Assembly (NCBI GenBank): GCA_003344405.1
Contig: NOWV01000020.1
Coordinates: 744,001-808,000 of the forward strand
Direction of reading: 5' to 3'
Length of the DNA: 64,000 nucleotides
From: Trichoplax sp. H2
Lineage: Eukaryota
Positions 27,847 through 42,400 of the stretch are shown here, in pieces. The position numbers were made by a program, and so were the translations under genes. A model generated the notes under the pieces. The model was not told the origin of the DNA. It worked only from the letters and a program-made list of their open reading frames with translations, and searched no databases. Positions within the stretch are counted from its first letter, which is position 1, and every line of letters begins with the position of its first letter.

Positions 27847-29402
27847 GCTGTTAAAATATTACAATCTAAATACTAAGAGAATGAAATGACTGAGGAACTA
27901 TGTTGAGATATCGGCTTGGTTCTATGACGACTAATAAGCACCTGCTATTGATCAAAATAGATGTAATTTCTAATTTTTTCATGTTCACTATATTAATTGT
28001 TAGTTGAATTCAGAATATTTCTGTCTAGTCGATCGTTATACAATACTCTATGTCATTGCCTTCTTTATCTTGGCGTAATAAAATGCAAACAGTTTTTACC
28101 AATTCAAGCTGTCTTTATTAGATTTGTGAAAGAGATTTGTTTCAAGCATTGCACTTACACACATGGTGTTAGATAGTATTTACACGTAGTATAAGCATGA
28201 ATCATGAAATGCTGAGGTTATAGCATTAGCGAATAACGAATCAAAGTGGATTCTAGGCGACAATAAGTTTCAACGCTGCAATGAGTGATGCAGGGATTAC
28301 AAAGCATTAAAAAACGGGTAAACATAACCATTGTCCATTTTTATAAGCTAAGCAATCTAATGGCAACATTTTAAAAAATTAGCTTTTTATGCAATCCTTC
28401 ATCCTTTAGGATTAGAAATTGTAAAAGCAACATGAAATTTTGATGTAACAGAAATATTGAGCATCTATAGTTTTTAGGATAACAAGTGCCCTAGAATAAT
28501 ATCTTTAGAAATAAATTCAGGAATTTGATACACGTAACAGGGTCTAGAAAATATCATTAAACTTAAAGGCTGATTGCGACGTAAAATATATTATCAGCTA
28601 CTTAAGACTGACGCGCACGAAATAGAAGATACCAAATGTATTTTTTTATATTATAACCAATTCATAGCATTGTAAATGTTAATTCGAAATCATTTTTATT
28701 CTTGTAAACCTAATTCTTAAGTATAGTTTAATACGTATATAAGAAAAATAGCCTCGCCTACGGCATGGTGAAATGTTTCTTAGCCTTAAGATTATCGTTA
28801 ACTTTATTATTAGCACGGCACAATTGCTGTTTTGCAAGCTAGGTCTGAAACAGCTCTTAAACTTACTTTAGCGTCTTAAGCATCTCTTTCAATATCATAT
28901 TTCTGATTTCAAATTCAAGTTTGATTAATTTTATGCCATAAAACATTGAATAATTGGTTTAAGCTTAAATAATTGAACTTTTCGTGCAGTTATATTCGTC
29001 TACGACTGATATGAAATACTACATATATAAATATATACGTGCGAATTTGCATATACTCTTGTTTATTATGAAGCAGAAGGAACAATGCTTTAAATCCAAA
29101 GGCTTCAAGAGAATTTCTGCCTTGATTTAAAATCCTGGGTTAAGATTCTAGTTATTTTCTATTTCACCGACGAGTTGAGGGTTAACTGTGAATATCAGAT
29201 AAAAGAAAATGTTTTAGATAAATATTATCTTCGACCATTCTAAGGGTACAAAAATGGTTCACTTTACTCGCCCTTTACAATGACAATTTAGCAATAATTA
29301 ATATCACGTTAAATACGGAATGAAAAGGATTTCAGTTCATAAGGACTGTTATTACTAAAAAATTAATAATTGATATTTCTTTTATACTCATCAGCTTCTA
29401 AA

Positions 29403-32400
29403 TTATGCCTTACTTTCATTGAAGGATTTCATAGTTTCGGACTGATATAGCGAGGATTTGGTTATTGTGGATTTCATTTTTTTGCCCTTTTTCTCTGATT
29501 TAAGTTAGCGATAAGAGTAAAAATAAGATTGTTAACATTTTTCCTCTGATTACATTATGCTCATAGTCTATAAAATATACTGCGTTCTGCCTTGCAAATA
29601 ACATCGCGATATGATGATTATACTCATATTTATGCTTAAAATCTTGAACTAGATCAGATTGCTTGATTATATTATAGCACATTCCAGAATTTTAAAAAAA
29701 ATTATTGGACTAGCTAAATTTTTTTTTATTGAGGAATCTTTATATTTAATTCTTGAATGAAATAAAAAGTTGTCACAAACCAGCTTCGTGACAAGGATAA
29801 CGTAAAACAAATCTCTAAATTACTATAGTCTCCGAGATTCAGTATCCCTTAACTACCTCACAAGAATTTAGATGCCTTTGATTCTACAATTGAGAACTAC
29901 TTTATTCAACTATCTGACGGTTATATATACCCTTCTACAGCAGCTAACATTCATGAGTCATCTTATAAAAATACTTAGGTGAGAACATCTGTTAACTAAT
30001 TTTTCACAGTCGGACTACAACATGTCCATTCACAGAATCACTTCAGTGCACATTACAGCACAGCATTAAATTTACTGTAACACATTTATAATTAGAGTAA
30101 TTCCTATTGTAAGTAACTATTTGTAATATATTATCACTATATTATATTCACCAAATTTAGATAGCTATTTCTTTACGGTAGTTCGTACCGTGACAAAAGT
30201 ATATAAGTATATTTGTAATAATACCTTTTCGGGAATGATTTCGTCTGTTAGTCCCTTCTTCTACATTTCCATCGTCGCTATCGTCTTCCCTAATAGCGAT
30301 AAAACAGTATATAATCATTCCAAGCACTAAAAATCCACCAATAGAGCAGCCTAATCCTATCCAAATCGCATCTAAATCATTCATGTTTGATGTGGAGTTG
30401 CAGTGGTAAGCTATTTGGCAAGATCTTAGGAAAGTAAAAGTATCATTGCAAGATAACAGCTTAAATACTCTAAGCATCTACGATGATGAAGAATAGATGA
30501 CGTATTTTATATTATTATCCATCAGCAGGAAATAGACAATTAGCTATTTTATTCCTTATAAAGTACACTCTTGCAGTTTTACTCTGAAAAGTCCTTTAGA
30601 ATCATTCAAATGAGCTGGTAAAGTACCCTATTACTGAGCGAGCCTACCCGATATAAGGTATCACTAAAAACGAAGATGATAAAAGTTTGATAATGTATGA
30701 TTACTTCACGTAGAATCTTACGTAGTTAAAATGCATTATTATTGTTTTTATTTCAATGGATTAATTTGTAAAAACGAATCGAATCCACTACTGTACTTTA
30801 ATGAATCATAATCACGCCATCTTTAATATAACTAGTGAATAATTAATAACCTTGAAGATACAGATATTCTAAGTTGTTGATTTTTTGTAGACTGATTCAT
30901 TTAATTACTGTGCATCGAGTAAATGCGGTGACCGACAATATCTTAAATTGCTTTGAATTCCATGTTTGCTTTCATACACAGATAGGTATAATATAATTCA
31001 TCATACATAAATGGAGTTTTATACTATCTAATTTAAGTAGTAGACTTAAAATATATTCTCTTTATTAGACAGGATTTGAGATAAGAAAACAATACCTTAA
31101 TCTAAGAGTTTATAAGATAAAGTTGAGACAAATAGTAGAATTAAAAATTTTATATTTCCATAAGGAGCATTAATTCATCCCCGTATTTTCTTATAAATAT
31201 TTTTAGGTCTTGTTAATATAATTTATTGCAGACAATAGATAATGTAATACCTTTCTGACTCCATAGCTAATAATGAAGATACATATGCAATTTACTATTT
31301 TTAAACAATAAATGATAATTTGAGATGATACAACCACGACATACACGTAATTCTAGTTTTGGAATATTACATTATTTTAGCAAGAACGCTTTACTAAATA
31401 TAACAGAATTGCTTCATATATTTACAATTAACATATTGTACTTTTAAAATTACCGAGAACAAGAAATGAATTCGCGCAATAAAAATTTTATATGATTTAT
31501 ATCTAGAGAAATTTATTTTTCGAATTCATACTTGCAATTGGTCTATAAACGAAGTTAAGCACTGTGCTTGTTGCAACCGATATGCTGATTGATAGTTTAT
31601 TACTTACTTTACGTCATCTGAATTAAGTATCAAATTAACTGCCACAAATGACTTTTTTTTTAATAATAAATGCCCGTAGGTCCATTAAAGATGGTCGACC
31701 ATTTATGACAACTTCAAACTGATGTACATCAACATTAAATTGATACTGAATACCATATACATAGCAGGCAAGTCCTTTGAAAAGTGAATGAGTTCTCAGC
31801 TTTTTATTATTTTTACCTTAGGGATTTTAGGAGCTTGATTAAGGAAAGATACTGTCAGGTGGTCAACTGATCTTTAGGGATTAAAGTTAACTTTTCTAAC
31901 AGTAAGTTTATGTAATGAATTTTTCGTGACTTATATATCAGCTCGGCTGAACCAAATTAATTATAGTGACAGTAAAAGCTTTTATTTTATTAAATTCCCA
32001 ATAAACAAAGCGAAAAATCGACTATGGTGGTGAAGACACATATCTGATGCTGAATGTAATCCTTAGGCTAGGATTTTCGTTCTTCTAATTAGTAAATATG
32101 AAGAGGATAGTTTCAATTAATAGGAAAAAATTTGATAGCTGATGACCAATGGGTCTGTAAGGACTATAAATTCATTATTAAAATCTTCTGAACTATTGAA
32201 TGAAGTAATCTGTCGGGATTGATAATTTAAATTCAATCATAACTAGAAATTTAAACATTAGATCGAAACATAAGTAATCTGCTGAACTGCTGGCAAGGTT
32301 ATTAGCAATGGGTGAAGATTATTAACCATTGGACCCTTATAATGAAATTTGTACAACTGATGTTAAAGGAATTTTATTATGTATCGTTATTCACGAAAAC

Positions 32401-32750
32401 AGCTTTAATATGCAAGTCAGAGATTATTTTGATTATTAATCTTAACATAATGTTATGGCTAACGCAGAATCTTTCAAGAACAATGAAACTTTTAAATGAG
32501 AATCTGCATGATATTTTGCGCAAAAATCCTTGTAGCACTGAATTATCTTCTATTTAATTGCTATTATGACCGAAAATGATTAATGACCATTGAATAAGAA
32601 GTATATAAGAGTAAAGGAAATATCATGACAGAATCTCACGAACAATGTGAACCTGTAATTGCCATATTTTCATCAAATTAGTATAAAGGGTGAATGCAAT
32701 ATTAAAGGTAAATTTTTAGTACGCATGAGAGACTGGACTGAATGTATAAT
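29403..32750 (-). pseudogene. Decayed minus-strand paralog: SRCR and MAM relics followed by an intact TM exon and tail exon
   Basis: In transcription order: MRTKNLP (cf. gene A MCAENLS) ending at a donor near 32653; about 32550 EDNSVLQGFLRKISC (cf. gene B WLSKISC); 32154 DPLVISYQIFSY*LKLSSSYLL (cf. DPSIVVS / AKLESPLL); about 31750 IQYQFNVDVHQFEVVI; open TM exon 30410-30225 (AIWIGLGCSIGGFLVLGMIIYCFIAI); open last exon 29494-29403 (EKKGKKMK...FNESKA*). Confidence 0.55.
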
Positions 32751-35700
32751 CAAAAGTATTTCAACGATAATCAATTTACGGCAGCAGGCTTATTTGGAAG
32801 TTATTATCTGAAGAATTTTGTAAATAACTCCAGCTGTTGGAATTAAAATCAATTGATCATTAAAAATAGCTTAGGACTGACATATACTTTATCGTAAAAA
32901 AGTCTAAAAATGGTAAAGCAAACTCAAGTAGACTTCCAAATTTGTGTCTAAAAATCACAACATAATATCTTTATTGTCTTCCTGAAATTTAAAATGAAAT
33001 TAGTAATCTTCGATTTAATATTAAATTCTAGTGAATAACGAGGACTGCCAGAAAAAGTTATTTAATCTGAGCTAATAGATTTAGCACATTATCGTTAAAT
33101 AGACGATAGTATTGTGATCGCTAATTTCAACAAACAATTATAAGTTAATTATTTCTATTATGTTCGTGAGTTAAAGTTTACGTCATTTAGCGAATTAGGA
33201 AAGCATATCGTACAAAACATACGTGATTCGTAATAGATAATAGATATACCAAAAGAATTTGTAGAACAGAATTTAATTAATCTTTTTAATATTTGCCATT
33301 CTTGATAATAGCTAATATGACTGTTAGATTCTGTAACTTTGATATCATGCGATGATCAAAATAGCAACGGTACGCTTTGGTTAGTTACGTATGTATTTAA
33401 AAATATTTCAAGTAGACTAAGTTATCGAAGTTATATTTTTATTTTCCTATGTTTATCAGTCTCTTAGTTATTCCTTTCAGTGGTGCTAATTTACAAAATC
33501 TTAATAGAATTAAAGAAATGGAATAAAAATCCTTGAGATGACATTTGCAGTGCTGATATTGTAAATTTTACTATTATAAGTGGTTATTTATCCTTTATTT
33601 TTTATTTCTGTTAATGAATCGTGTAAATAGAGGTTTATAATTTGTATCTATGAGAGAATTCAATTATTTTTTTAACTAATTCCACAGGCAACGTTATGCC
33701 GCTTCTCATCAAAGCAAATGAATAAACATTAGTTTATATTTGATTGGTAACGTCATTTTATGCCAACGAAATAAAGCTTCATCTTTCTTTGAGATTTAAT
33801 ATTAACCTATTGCTGTCCCGAAGAAACGCTAATGATTTTAGTGATTTTAATAGTACCTTTCCATTGTTAGTACCATCTACTTTCATAAATTGTATCAGCA
33901 AGAGAATGACAAATGTAAATAAATAACAAGATATAGGAGAGATTTATTTAACGGTAACTTTCTTATGTATATCCAAATGAAAGAATTAAGGTACACACTA
34001 GAATCGTACTAACAGTTATCGAAAGTAAAGAGATGCACCTTTATCCAAATTTGGAAAACCAACTTGTATTAATAAATTCTTGGGAGATTTACGAGTATAA
34101 AACAATTAATTGAATAGGCTATTACTGACATGTTTTGATACTATCTGCTACTAGTCTAAACAAGGATATTGGGTTGCTAAGGGAATGGTAATCTATTTTT
34201 TAATTAATCTGCTAACTTATTATTTGTTGTCAGGTATGTCAGCATTTAAAAATTTTGCTATTTTCAAGTAGCAAAACACTAACAAACTTACAGTACCAGT
34301 AGTACTTACATATGATTTCATCTCATAATCTTATCCTAAATGTTTTTAGGAATTTTTATTAGATTATAACAATAGTAATACTAAAAAATGTGCCTGTTAA
34401 CGATAAAATCGCTCCTGCTTTTCATAATAATCACTTGAATGATTTATTACTTATTAGATGAGATCATAGATGATACAGAAATTAATTTTATCGCGTCATA
34501 TTTGTTCATAGTTGGAAAATATGTTTATGTTTCGATTAATGCAATAGTATCCCTAGAAGCACAACATATTGATCAAATACTTTTGCCAACAGAATCAATC
34601 CCTAGCATCTTCGTTCCGTTGGATGTTCTCATTAATAATTTTAAGTGAGATAGTAAGACTTACATTCCGTATTTCTAATTATGAAAGAAAATTTATATTC
34701 AATATCTATTGTTCAATTAATCAAATAAATACTTTAGTTGCTCATGCAGATTAAAGTAAAACGTTACACCATTAGCTTATACGGTGAGAAGTGCTGTATT
34801 TACAATTTTCCTTATCGAGTCTCACATTTGGCTATAGTTTAATATTTATGTTATGCAATATTAAATTACTATGAAATAAAAATGTTACGATCGGTGTTCG
34901 ATGCGTTGAATGCCTGACGAGGTTCATGAGGCACTCCGACTATTTACGCTCACAGTTCAATAAACACCTTACACGAGTACGATATTCAGTTATAAGTATC
35001 AACTACTTTATTTAGAATACTTACGGTGTTAGGGACTACGAAAAGTAGAAAGAAACGAAACTGCCGACGGTTGTTGACTATTCTAATAATGAGAAGGGTC
35101 ATTATTTTACTGACCATTTCAACTGAATAGTATTTCTGTAACAGCGCACTATACTGTCCGCCATTGATATCCAAATTAGCTGCTAACTGACTATAGAAAT
35201 TATTAAAATCATATCAAAAAGACATCTAAGGAAGACTCTCTAGTAATTTCTGAGAAAAAAAATTAATGTAGTGAGTAGTTTATCCAGTGATCTAATAAAT
35301 TTCAATTATTCTTTGTCTTGCTACCCAAATTAACCTTCATCCTTTTGCGTCGCTAGTCATCTAAAGAACAGCATAGTTAATGCCACCTATTGTTCAATTA
35401 TTCAGAATTGTTACCTTTACCTGAAATATTTAAAACTTAATAATTATTGAATAAAAGACTGAAAAACATTTATTAACAGAATTTAAGTATATTTCTAGCT
35501 TTGATCATGATTGAATGACTTCAGAACTATTATAATACCCTTCTAATATAGTATTTGAATGTGAATTGAAAAATATTGCTTAATGTTACATTTTTCTACA
35601 GTAGACATTTATTAAAATCAAATCAAATATTATAAAGGAACGCATAGTTTGTATCGAAGCAATTCGATTAATAAATTTTATTTTAATATTAAACTGAATT

Positions 35701-37834
35701 GATTTATGGTTATCAAATCTGTCTTTAACAATCATGGCCTAAAAATTTACTAAATTTTATAAATGATGGTAAAGCTGTTACGATATCAATCGTAAATATT
35801 TTCAACATAATAATCGAAGGAAACGTAATAATTTTAGAACTAAATAATGTATTATGATTTATTATATGTTAAGGTAAGAAATTTGATTATTAAAAAATTT
35901 AAATAACAATTTATTGCTTGGAATAAAGTTTTAATTTAAAAAAAATTGCGCCAAAATCGGTTTAAGCTGGGATTTATAGGAGATTGTAATGAAATTAAAT
36001 AGATCTCATGGAAGGTCACAAAATCCATACAACTTAAAAGGTAGAACGCTTCCTCGTTCATTCAATTAGCATAATGGACATTTATAATATTTCGAAAACC
36101 ATATGAAAACTGCATTCCATTTTACTCAAAGACAGTAATAATCTGCTCACTGGTTAATTTCTCACTAATGTCAAGAATACTACCTAACAATGTTTTGACA
36201 GACGTAGTAGTAAAAAATCTAAGTTTTTCTTCACTCATTACCTTACTACAATGGAAACAAGTGAAATTAAAATTTCATGAATTTATGAAGTTTAAATTAG
36301 TGTATACTACATCTTATTGACCATTATTTGGTAAAATTCAATTAGCTATTGATAAAAGAAAATTTAAGCTAAATATCAGGCTCCATTTTATTCTTGCAAT
36401 ACTTCGGTAGCGATTATTTCACGAGTTGAAAACTGCAATTTCATGGTAAATTCCTACTTTAGTTAGCAACAAATAGAATATTATATTCTTACTTTTAATG
36501 CTAAAAATTAAATTCCTTAACCAGTTAAGCAAGAAAACATGTTTTAGAATTAAACAGAAGTACTTTAGGGAGTGCTCACAAAAATAACCCAAAAATTATT
36601 TGAGAATGGAATAGAATATATTGTAAAATATGAAATATCCTTAATTTTTTAGGTAACATATACAGCTTTTGACTTTGACGTTTCATTGCGTACAAAAATA
36701 CATTAGCTAATTAATAGCGCCAGAAAACCAAGATGTTTTGTAATCAATTTCTAAATGATCATTTTTATGTTTACATTTTATTAATTTCTGTTGTTAATCA
36801 TTCACTAACATACCGGTATTATGCTATAAACTTCTTAAAGGTTAATTTACTGTTTAAAGTACGTCCTGGATGTTGCTTCAACCGGTATAAAGGAAATATT
36901 ATTTTTGAAAATTATGTTTAGGATTCTTACAAATATTGCATAGTACTGAGATTTTTAAAGACAGACTCTAGACTCAAAGATTTATATTATCAAGATACTA
37001 AACGCTGCATTTTCAAAATTTAACAATTACATAGTTATGGTTAAAGGGGATCCAATTGACATGAAAATCCAGAAATTTGTAACTTCTATACAATATTCAA
37101 ATATATTGACCTCCGTTAACCTTGAATTTGTATTATTTTGACGTTCTGATTATTTTTGCCAATGATCTTATTTAATAACGTGCAATAACTCAATAAAAAT
37201 TGCTAGCTTGACGTATATGTCAGGATTTCAGATATGGGTATTTAATTTACCGATACAATTAGAGGTCGGAAAGAAACAAATTTCGATTACGTTATAGTCG
37301 TTGATTATAATTTTAATGCCGGAATTCGAAAATTTGAAAGGAATTTTGAAAGAAGGAGATTAATATGGATATCACTGAAGACAGTATTAATATTCTTAGC
37401 AATTGCGATATACTTACAATAAGTTTTGACGAATATAAAACGTCAACGTGATTAGGTTATAAGTATTGCAATAAATAGCTACAATTCTTTGGCTTAATCT
37501 TTGGAGCATCGGTGGCATTCTTCAGCCAAAGAAGCTCTCTATTTCAAGAATTTTCCATCCAAATCAAGAATTTCTACCTTATTGTAAAATAACTTAGTAT
37601 CGTGATTGTAGACTATTAGCCATGTTTAGTATGACGTACGGTAGTGTCTTTCTATATTTATCTTATGATATATTTAGTAGCCCATAATTATAGACTGTAA
37701 GGGTAGACTTGATACTAGAATACAGATAACTAAATGCAGTAAGATGTTGAGCTACTTATAATGTTAGAGGTAGAAAAAGAATTGTAAATTATATATTAGG
37801 ATACGCTTAGTGCATTGTACTTTGTATGGTATGT

Positions 37835-39271
37835 ATAATGTTTACGAAAATACTATGATAATTTCCATGTTGGATTAATGACGTTTCACTGTAAAATATT
37901 ATGTTACGGCTGTAAATCAGTGAAGAATTTGCTCAAAGGTGGCACAATGATCATGAAAATACGATAAATGAAGAGTTATTGTACGCCAATCCTTTGTTCT
38001 TACCGAGAAAGACTTCACATTACTGATTGTACTAAATCTAATGAGTTAGATTGGCAAATCTTCGGTATGAATTCGAAATATAAGTTTCTCCATAATGTAT
38101 ATATACAAAATTAAATGCAGTTTTAACACGAAACTTATGAATAGTTGGGTAATACACAGCCGAATTCTGCTTTGTTGATATGAGCCATCTACGTTCTGAG
38201 AAATGTAACATTTCTAACTACTTTTGAATGAACATACAAGAAAATATCTTAATTAATTAAGATTTTATATAAGTTAATGTAACTATAAGTACTTTAAAAT
38301 AACGTAATAACTGAATAGCTGTTAGTAGATCATAATGGTAATTTAATGTATTTTTTAAATTTTTGTAATTTTTTATATTATGATTTTTGTACAATGGATG
38401 ACCTCAAGATCTTTTATATAATTCATAGAGCTTTCCTTCAATTCTACTTAGATTTCAAAGTGTAAGTCTACTTATCTTAGTAATTTCCTACTAACAATAG
38501 AAGAGAACAAAAAATCTAATAAATATCGGATATGCCAAACACGGAAAAGGGGATTTTCAATAGTTTTTATCGTTGCCAGTCTTATTGTCTGAGAAAGTTT
38601 TATTCAAATTGNNNNNNNNNNNNNNNNNNNNATAATGTTTACGAAAATACTATGATAATTTCCATATTGGATTAATGACGTTTCACTGTAAAATATTACG
38701 TTACGGCTGTAAATCAGTGAAGAATTTGCTCAAAGGTGGCACAATGATCATGAAAATACGATAAATGAAGAGTTATTGTAAGCCAATCCTTTGTTCTCAC
38801 CGAGAAAGACTTCACATTACTGATTGTACTAAATCTAATGAGTATGAGCCATCTACGTTCTGAGAAATGTAACATTTCTAAGTACTTTTGAATGAACATG
38901 CAAGAAAATATCTTAATTAAAATTTTATATAAGTTAATGTAACTATAAGTACTTTAAAATAACGTAATAACTGAATAGCTGTTAGTAGATCATAATGGTA
39001 ATTTAATGTATTTTTTAAATTTCTGTAATTTTTTATATTATGATTTTTGTACAATGGATGACCTCAACATCTTTTATTTAATTCATAGAGCTTTCCTTCA
39101 ATTCTACTTAGATTTTAAAGTGTAAGTCTACTTATCTTAGTAATTTCCTACTAACAATAGAAGAGAACAAAAAATCTAATAAATATCGGATATGCCAAAC
39201 ACGGAAAAGGGGATTTTCAATAGTTTTTATCGTTGCCAGTCTTATTGTCTGAGAAAGTTTTATTCAAATTG
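37835..39271 (+). repeat. Duplicate segments flanking an N gap (37835-38611 vs 38632-39271), probably uncollapsed haplotypes
   Basis: ataatgtttacgaaaatac...ttattcaaattg occurs twice; the first copy carries roughly 135 bp extra (about 38046-38178). Confidence 0.85.
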
Positions 39272-39426
39272 CCGATAATGCCATTTCTGGTTATAAAATT
39301 AGCCTGCTCTCATTCAGTATCAGTGCTATAAATTTAGCTGTTTCCAGTCAGACAAACATACTTTGATATATCCAAACTTCCAGAATCAGCCCATTAAACA
39401 ATTTCCTTACAATTTCTTTGTAGAAA

Positions 39427-42400
39427 ATGAAAACTACTGCGCTCCAAGCCATTTGTTTTGGCATCCTTCTTATCACTACTTTATGTGATGGCCTTCAAGA
39501 TGATATAAAGGATTTAGGCTTGCGCTACATGTATCGATCGAATATCAAATCGACCAATATCGTGTGTCCGCGATATTGCGAGTGCTATCCGAAACAGCTA
39601 AAAATTTCTTGTACAGCATGGATTGATGACATCATGAATATACCACGATGGACAAAGCATATGTATGACAAATATTAACATTAAAACTTCGATACTTTTC
39701 TGAAAACTGGTAAAAGTTGCTGATTTTTGTGCAGTTTAATAGTATCTCTCTACCAAACGCTATTAAATTTTTGTCCATGATAAAAATTAAAATTAAATTT
39801 TAAAGCATTGAAGACGTCAGAAATAGTATACAGCACAATAGTAGCTTACAATCAATTAATAGTGCTTCAGGATATCTAATTTTATATAAATAAAAAATAT
39901 GCTCTACCAAGTCTTCACCATATTGCAGCATTTTGCATAGGATCACGATAGACGAATGCCATCTGCAAGAGGTTGTATATTGTTTAATTATTTTTCCATC
40001 ATCTGTTTAGTTTTAAATTTTGGTGTTGGGATGGTTAAGGAATGAGAAACTATTTACAAAACTCTTAAAACTTTACGAAATTATGGATTTCAACTCGAAA
40101 CCTTATCTTTATAATATTCAATCATTTTCTAAAATGCACTGATATCGTGGCTTATACACTACTGTAAATAAATTAGAATTGATACTTAAAGTAATATTTT
40201 GACGATAATTCTTTTGCAAAATATGTTGAAGGTACATAAATCTCGTGAATTGTATTGGAGATATAGCCTATACATAAATTCAGCAAGAGTGCTGGAATTT
40301 TTTAGATTACTAATTTTTATATCTGCGATAAAATCCGATCACGAATATTCCAAGTTGTAGAAAGTTAGAACTTTATTATATCTAATGCAAAGACTAGCTA
40401 CACACAGCCCTACTCTAGCCGAATACAACTACTGAAAGACTTCCAGAAAGAACTAGCTGATTAATCTAAAGTTGCTAGCTTATATACAGTGTGTATCAAA
40501 GTATTTTGTCACTTTGAAAAGCATCAACCAGTGATCTTAATAATCAAATACTGATTAAATCATTCAATTATAGCTTTACTGTATTTTTAAAGAAAAACAT
40601 TGCCCGAAAGTGACAAAATGTTATGATACACACCGTACATTTCGTAGCAGTCATAGCCACAATCGGCATAGCAAGATTCTACCATAATTTACACATAGTC
40701 AAATTATTATTAGTAATAACATTTTATAGCGGACCATCATTAATCTGATATGGAAACAACTGCAGTATTTCCGTAGATACTATTCTTAGCAGTCAAAGTA
40801 CGGTAAACTAACCTATCCTAATATATGAATTACAGTTCGATTTATATCTCTAGCCTTAATAGTAACTCAACACCTTCCTATATATAGTCATGTACTGTAG
40901 CATAGAATCTACTATTACAGTTTATGGAGCGAACTACCAAATACATCTTAAGACAAAAACAGGAAGTTGCGCTTCCGTGCATCTTACTAAACTTAGCTAA
41001 AAAAAGTCTACAATCACAATACTAAGTTTCGTTACAACATCATAGGAGTAAAAAAACCGTACGATAATTTGAAACTGTTTACGATATTTTACTTCCTTTA
41101 ATAAATTTTATAATAAGCAGTAGTCGGCTGATATACAATCATAAATTAAGAAATGCTGCTATATAATAATATTCTTAGAGAGAGTATGTATGCATTAGCT
41201 GGCGGAATCGATAGTTCCTTTGGAATTTATCGAGTTCTGCCGTAGTTACAGAATTGTGTAATTTTATATTAGCGCAAATTTATTTTAGAATTGTTTGCAT
41301 GTCTTTTTTATAATGCTGCCTAAAAATTATGAGTATTATTTATAGCTACGTCAGTTGTGATAATATTGGTTACATATAGTTTATGCTAAATTATCCGAGC
41401 AATTACGTAAATAAAAAAATGGATATTATGGATATTGGTATAGTGCATAGTTAGTGAGCATATTTTACATTACTGAGACTTTTATTTCAATGCTTCTTTT
41501 TCAAGTGCATAAAATTCGCTTGCAATACTGTGTACTGTCTACCTTTTACTATTAGACTGGCTTCATATGCCAATACTATTATCTAATCTAAGTAAGATAG
41601 ATAGACCTTAAAGGTTTAAAGGTCAACACGACTATATTAATCGGATTGAGGAGATTCAGGGAAGATCTTCTTACTTAGATTATTTGTATCCCTGAAAGCG
41701 AAGCTCCAGTTCTATTCATTCGTATATTTAAAAACTTTATAGCTATTTAACATTTGTAACACTTTCATTGTACTAAATTTAGACTACTAGAGATGTTATT
41801 CACCAATATTTTCTGAATTTATACATAAACTGTTTACAGAGCTGAGTTTTGCTCACAATAAGTTTTTGATTTTTTTATTGTCTTAAATATGCTAGAGTTT
41901 ATCCTATGAAAAATTAATGTAATACTTAGTATAACATGAAGACGTATTGCTTACAGCTTCATTCATTTTCTGTATTGTCTATTTGTATCCTAAATTGTTC
42001 TATCGTTCATATTTCATCAGCCAATTTGAATCCCAGCAGTTGACTTTCGACTATCAATTTTTTATGAAACTGCATCAGCTCTTCCAGAGATCTAGTCCAG
42101 ATGATAAATTGACTGGTATTTTAATGAAAATTCAAGATATGACAACTCACAAGAAAAACAAGCAATCTAGAGCTATGCCAAGTCTTTACAAAGATACAAC
42201 CTCATTGAAAGATATCATTAAAAGTAAGAATGACTCGTATATATATTCTACAACAGCACTAAACTGGTCATATAAGATCAGAAAGATACCTTTTTTGGTT
42301 ATAAGAATTTAAGATATTGTTTAGAATCCCTTATTTAAACTGGAAAGCTCCTTCCATTTGCAATAATCTTGTAATATAACTGCAATTAGATTTATTGAAA

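Noticed and set aside
33000..37800. Short hydrophobic ORFs as 5' exons of the minus-strand pseudogene
   Set aside because: No convincing signal peptide, LRR cap or kringle motif could be read; left unresolved.
22324..39271. Segmental duplications at 22.3-23.6 kb and 37.8-39.3 kb as real tandem duplications
   Set aside because: Each abuts a 20-N gap and differs by SNPs and indels, the pattern of uncollapsed haplotypes.
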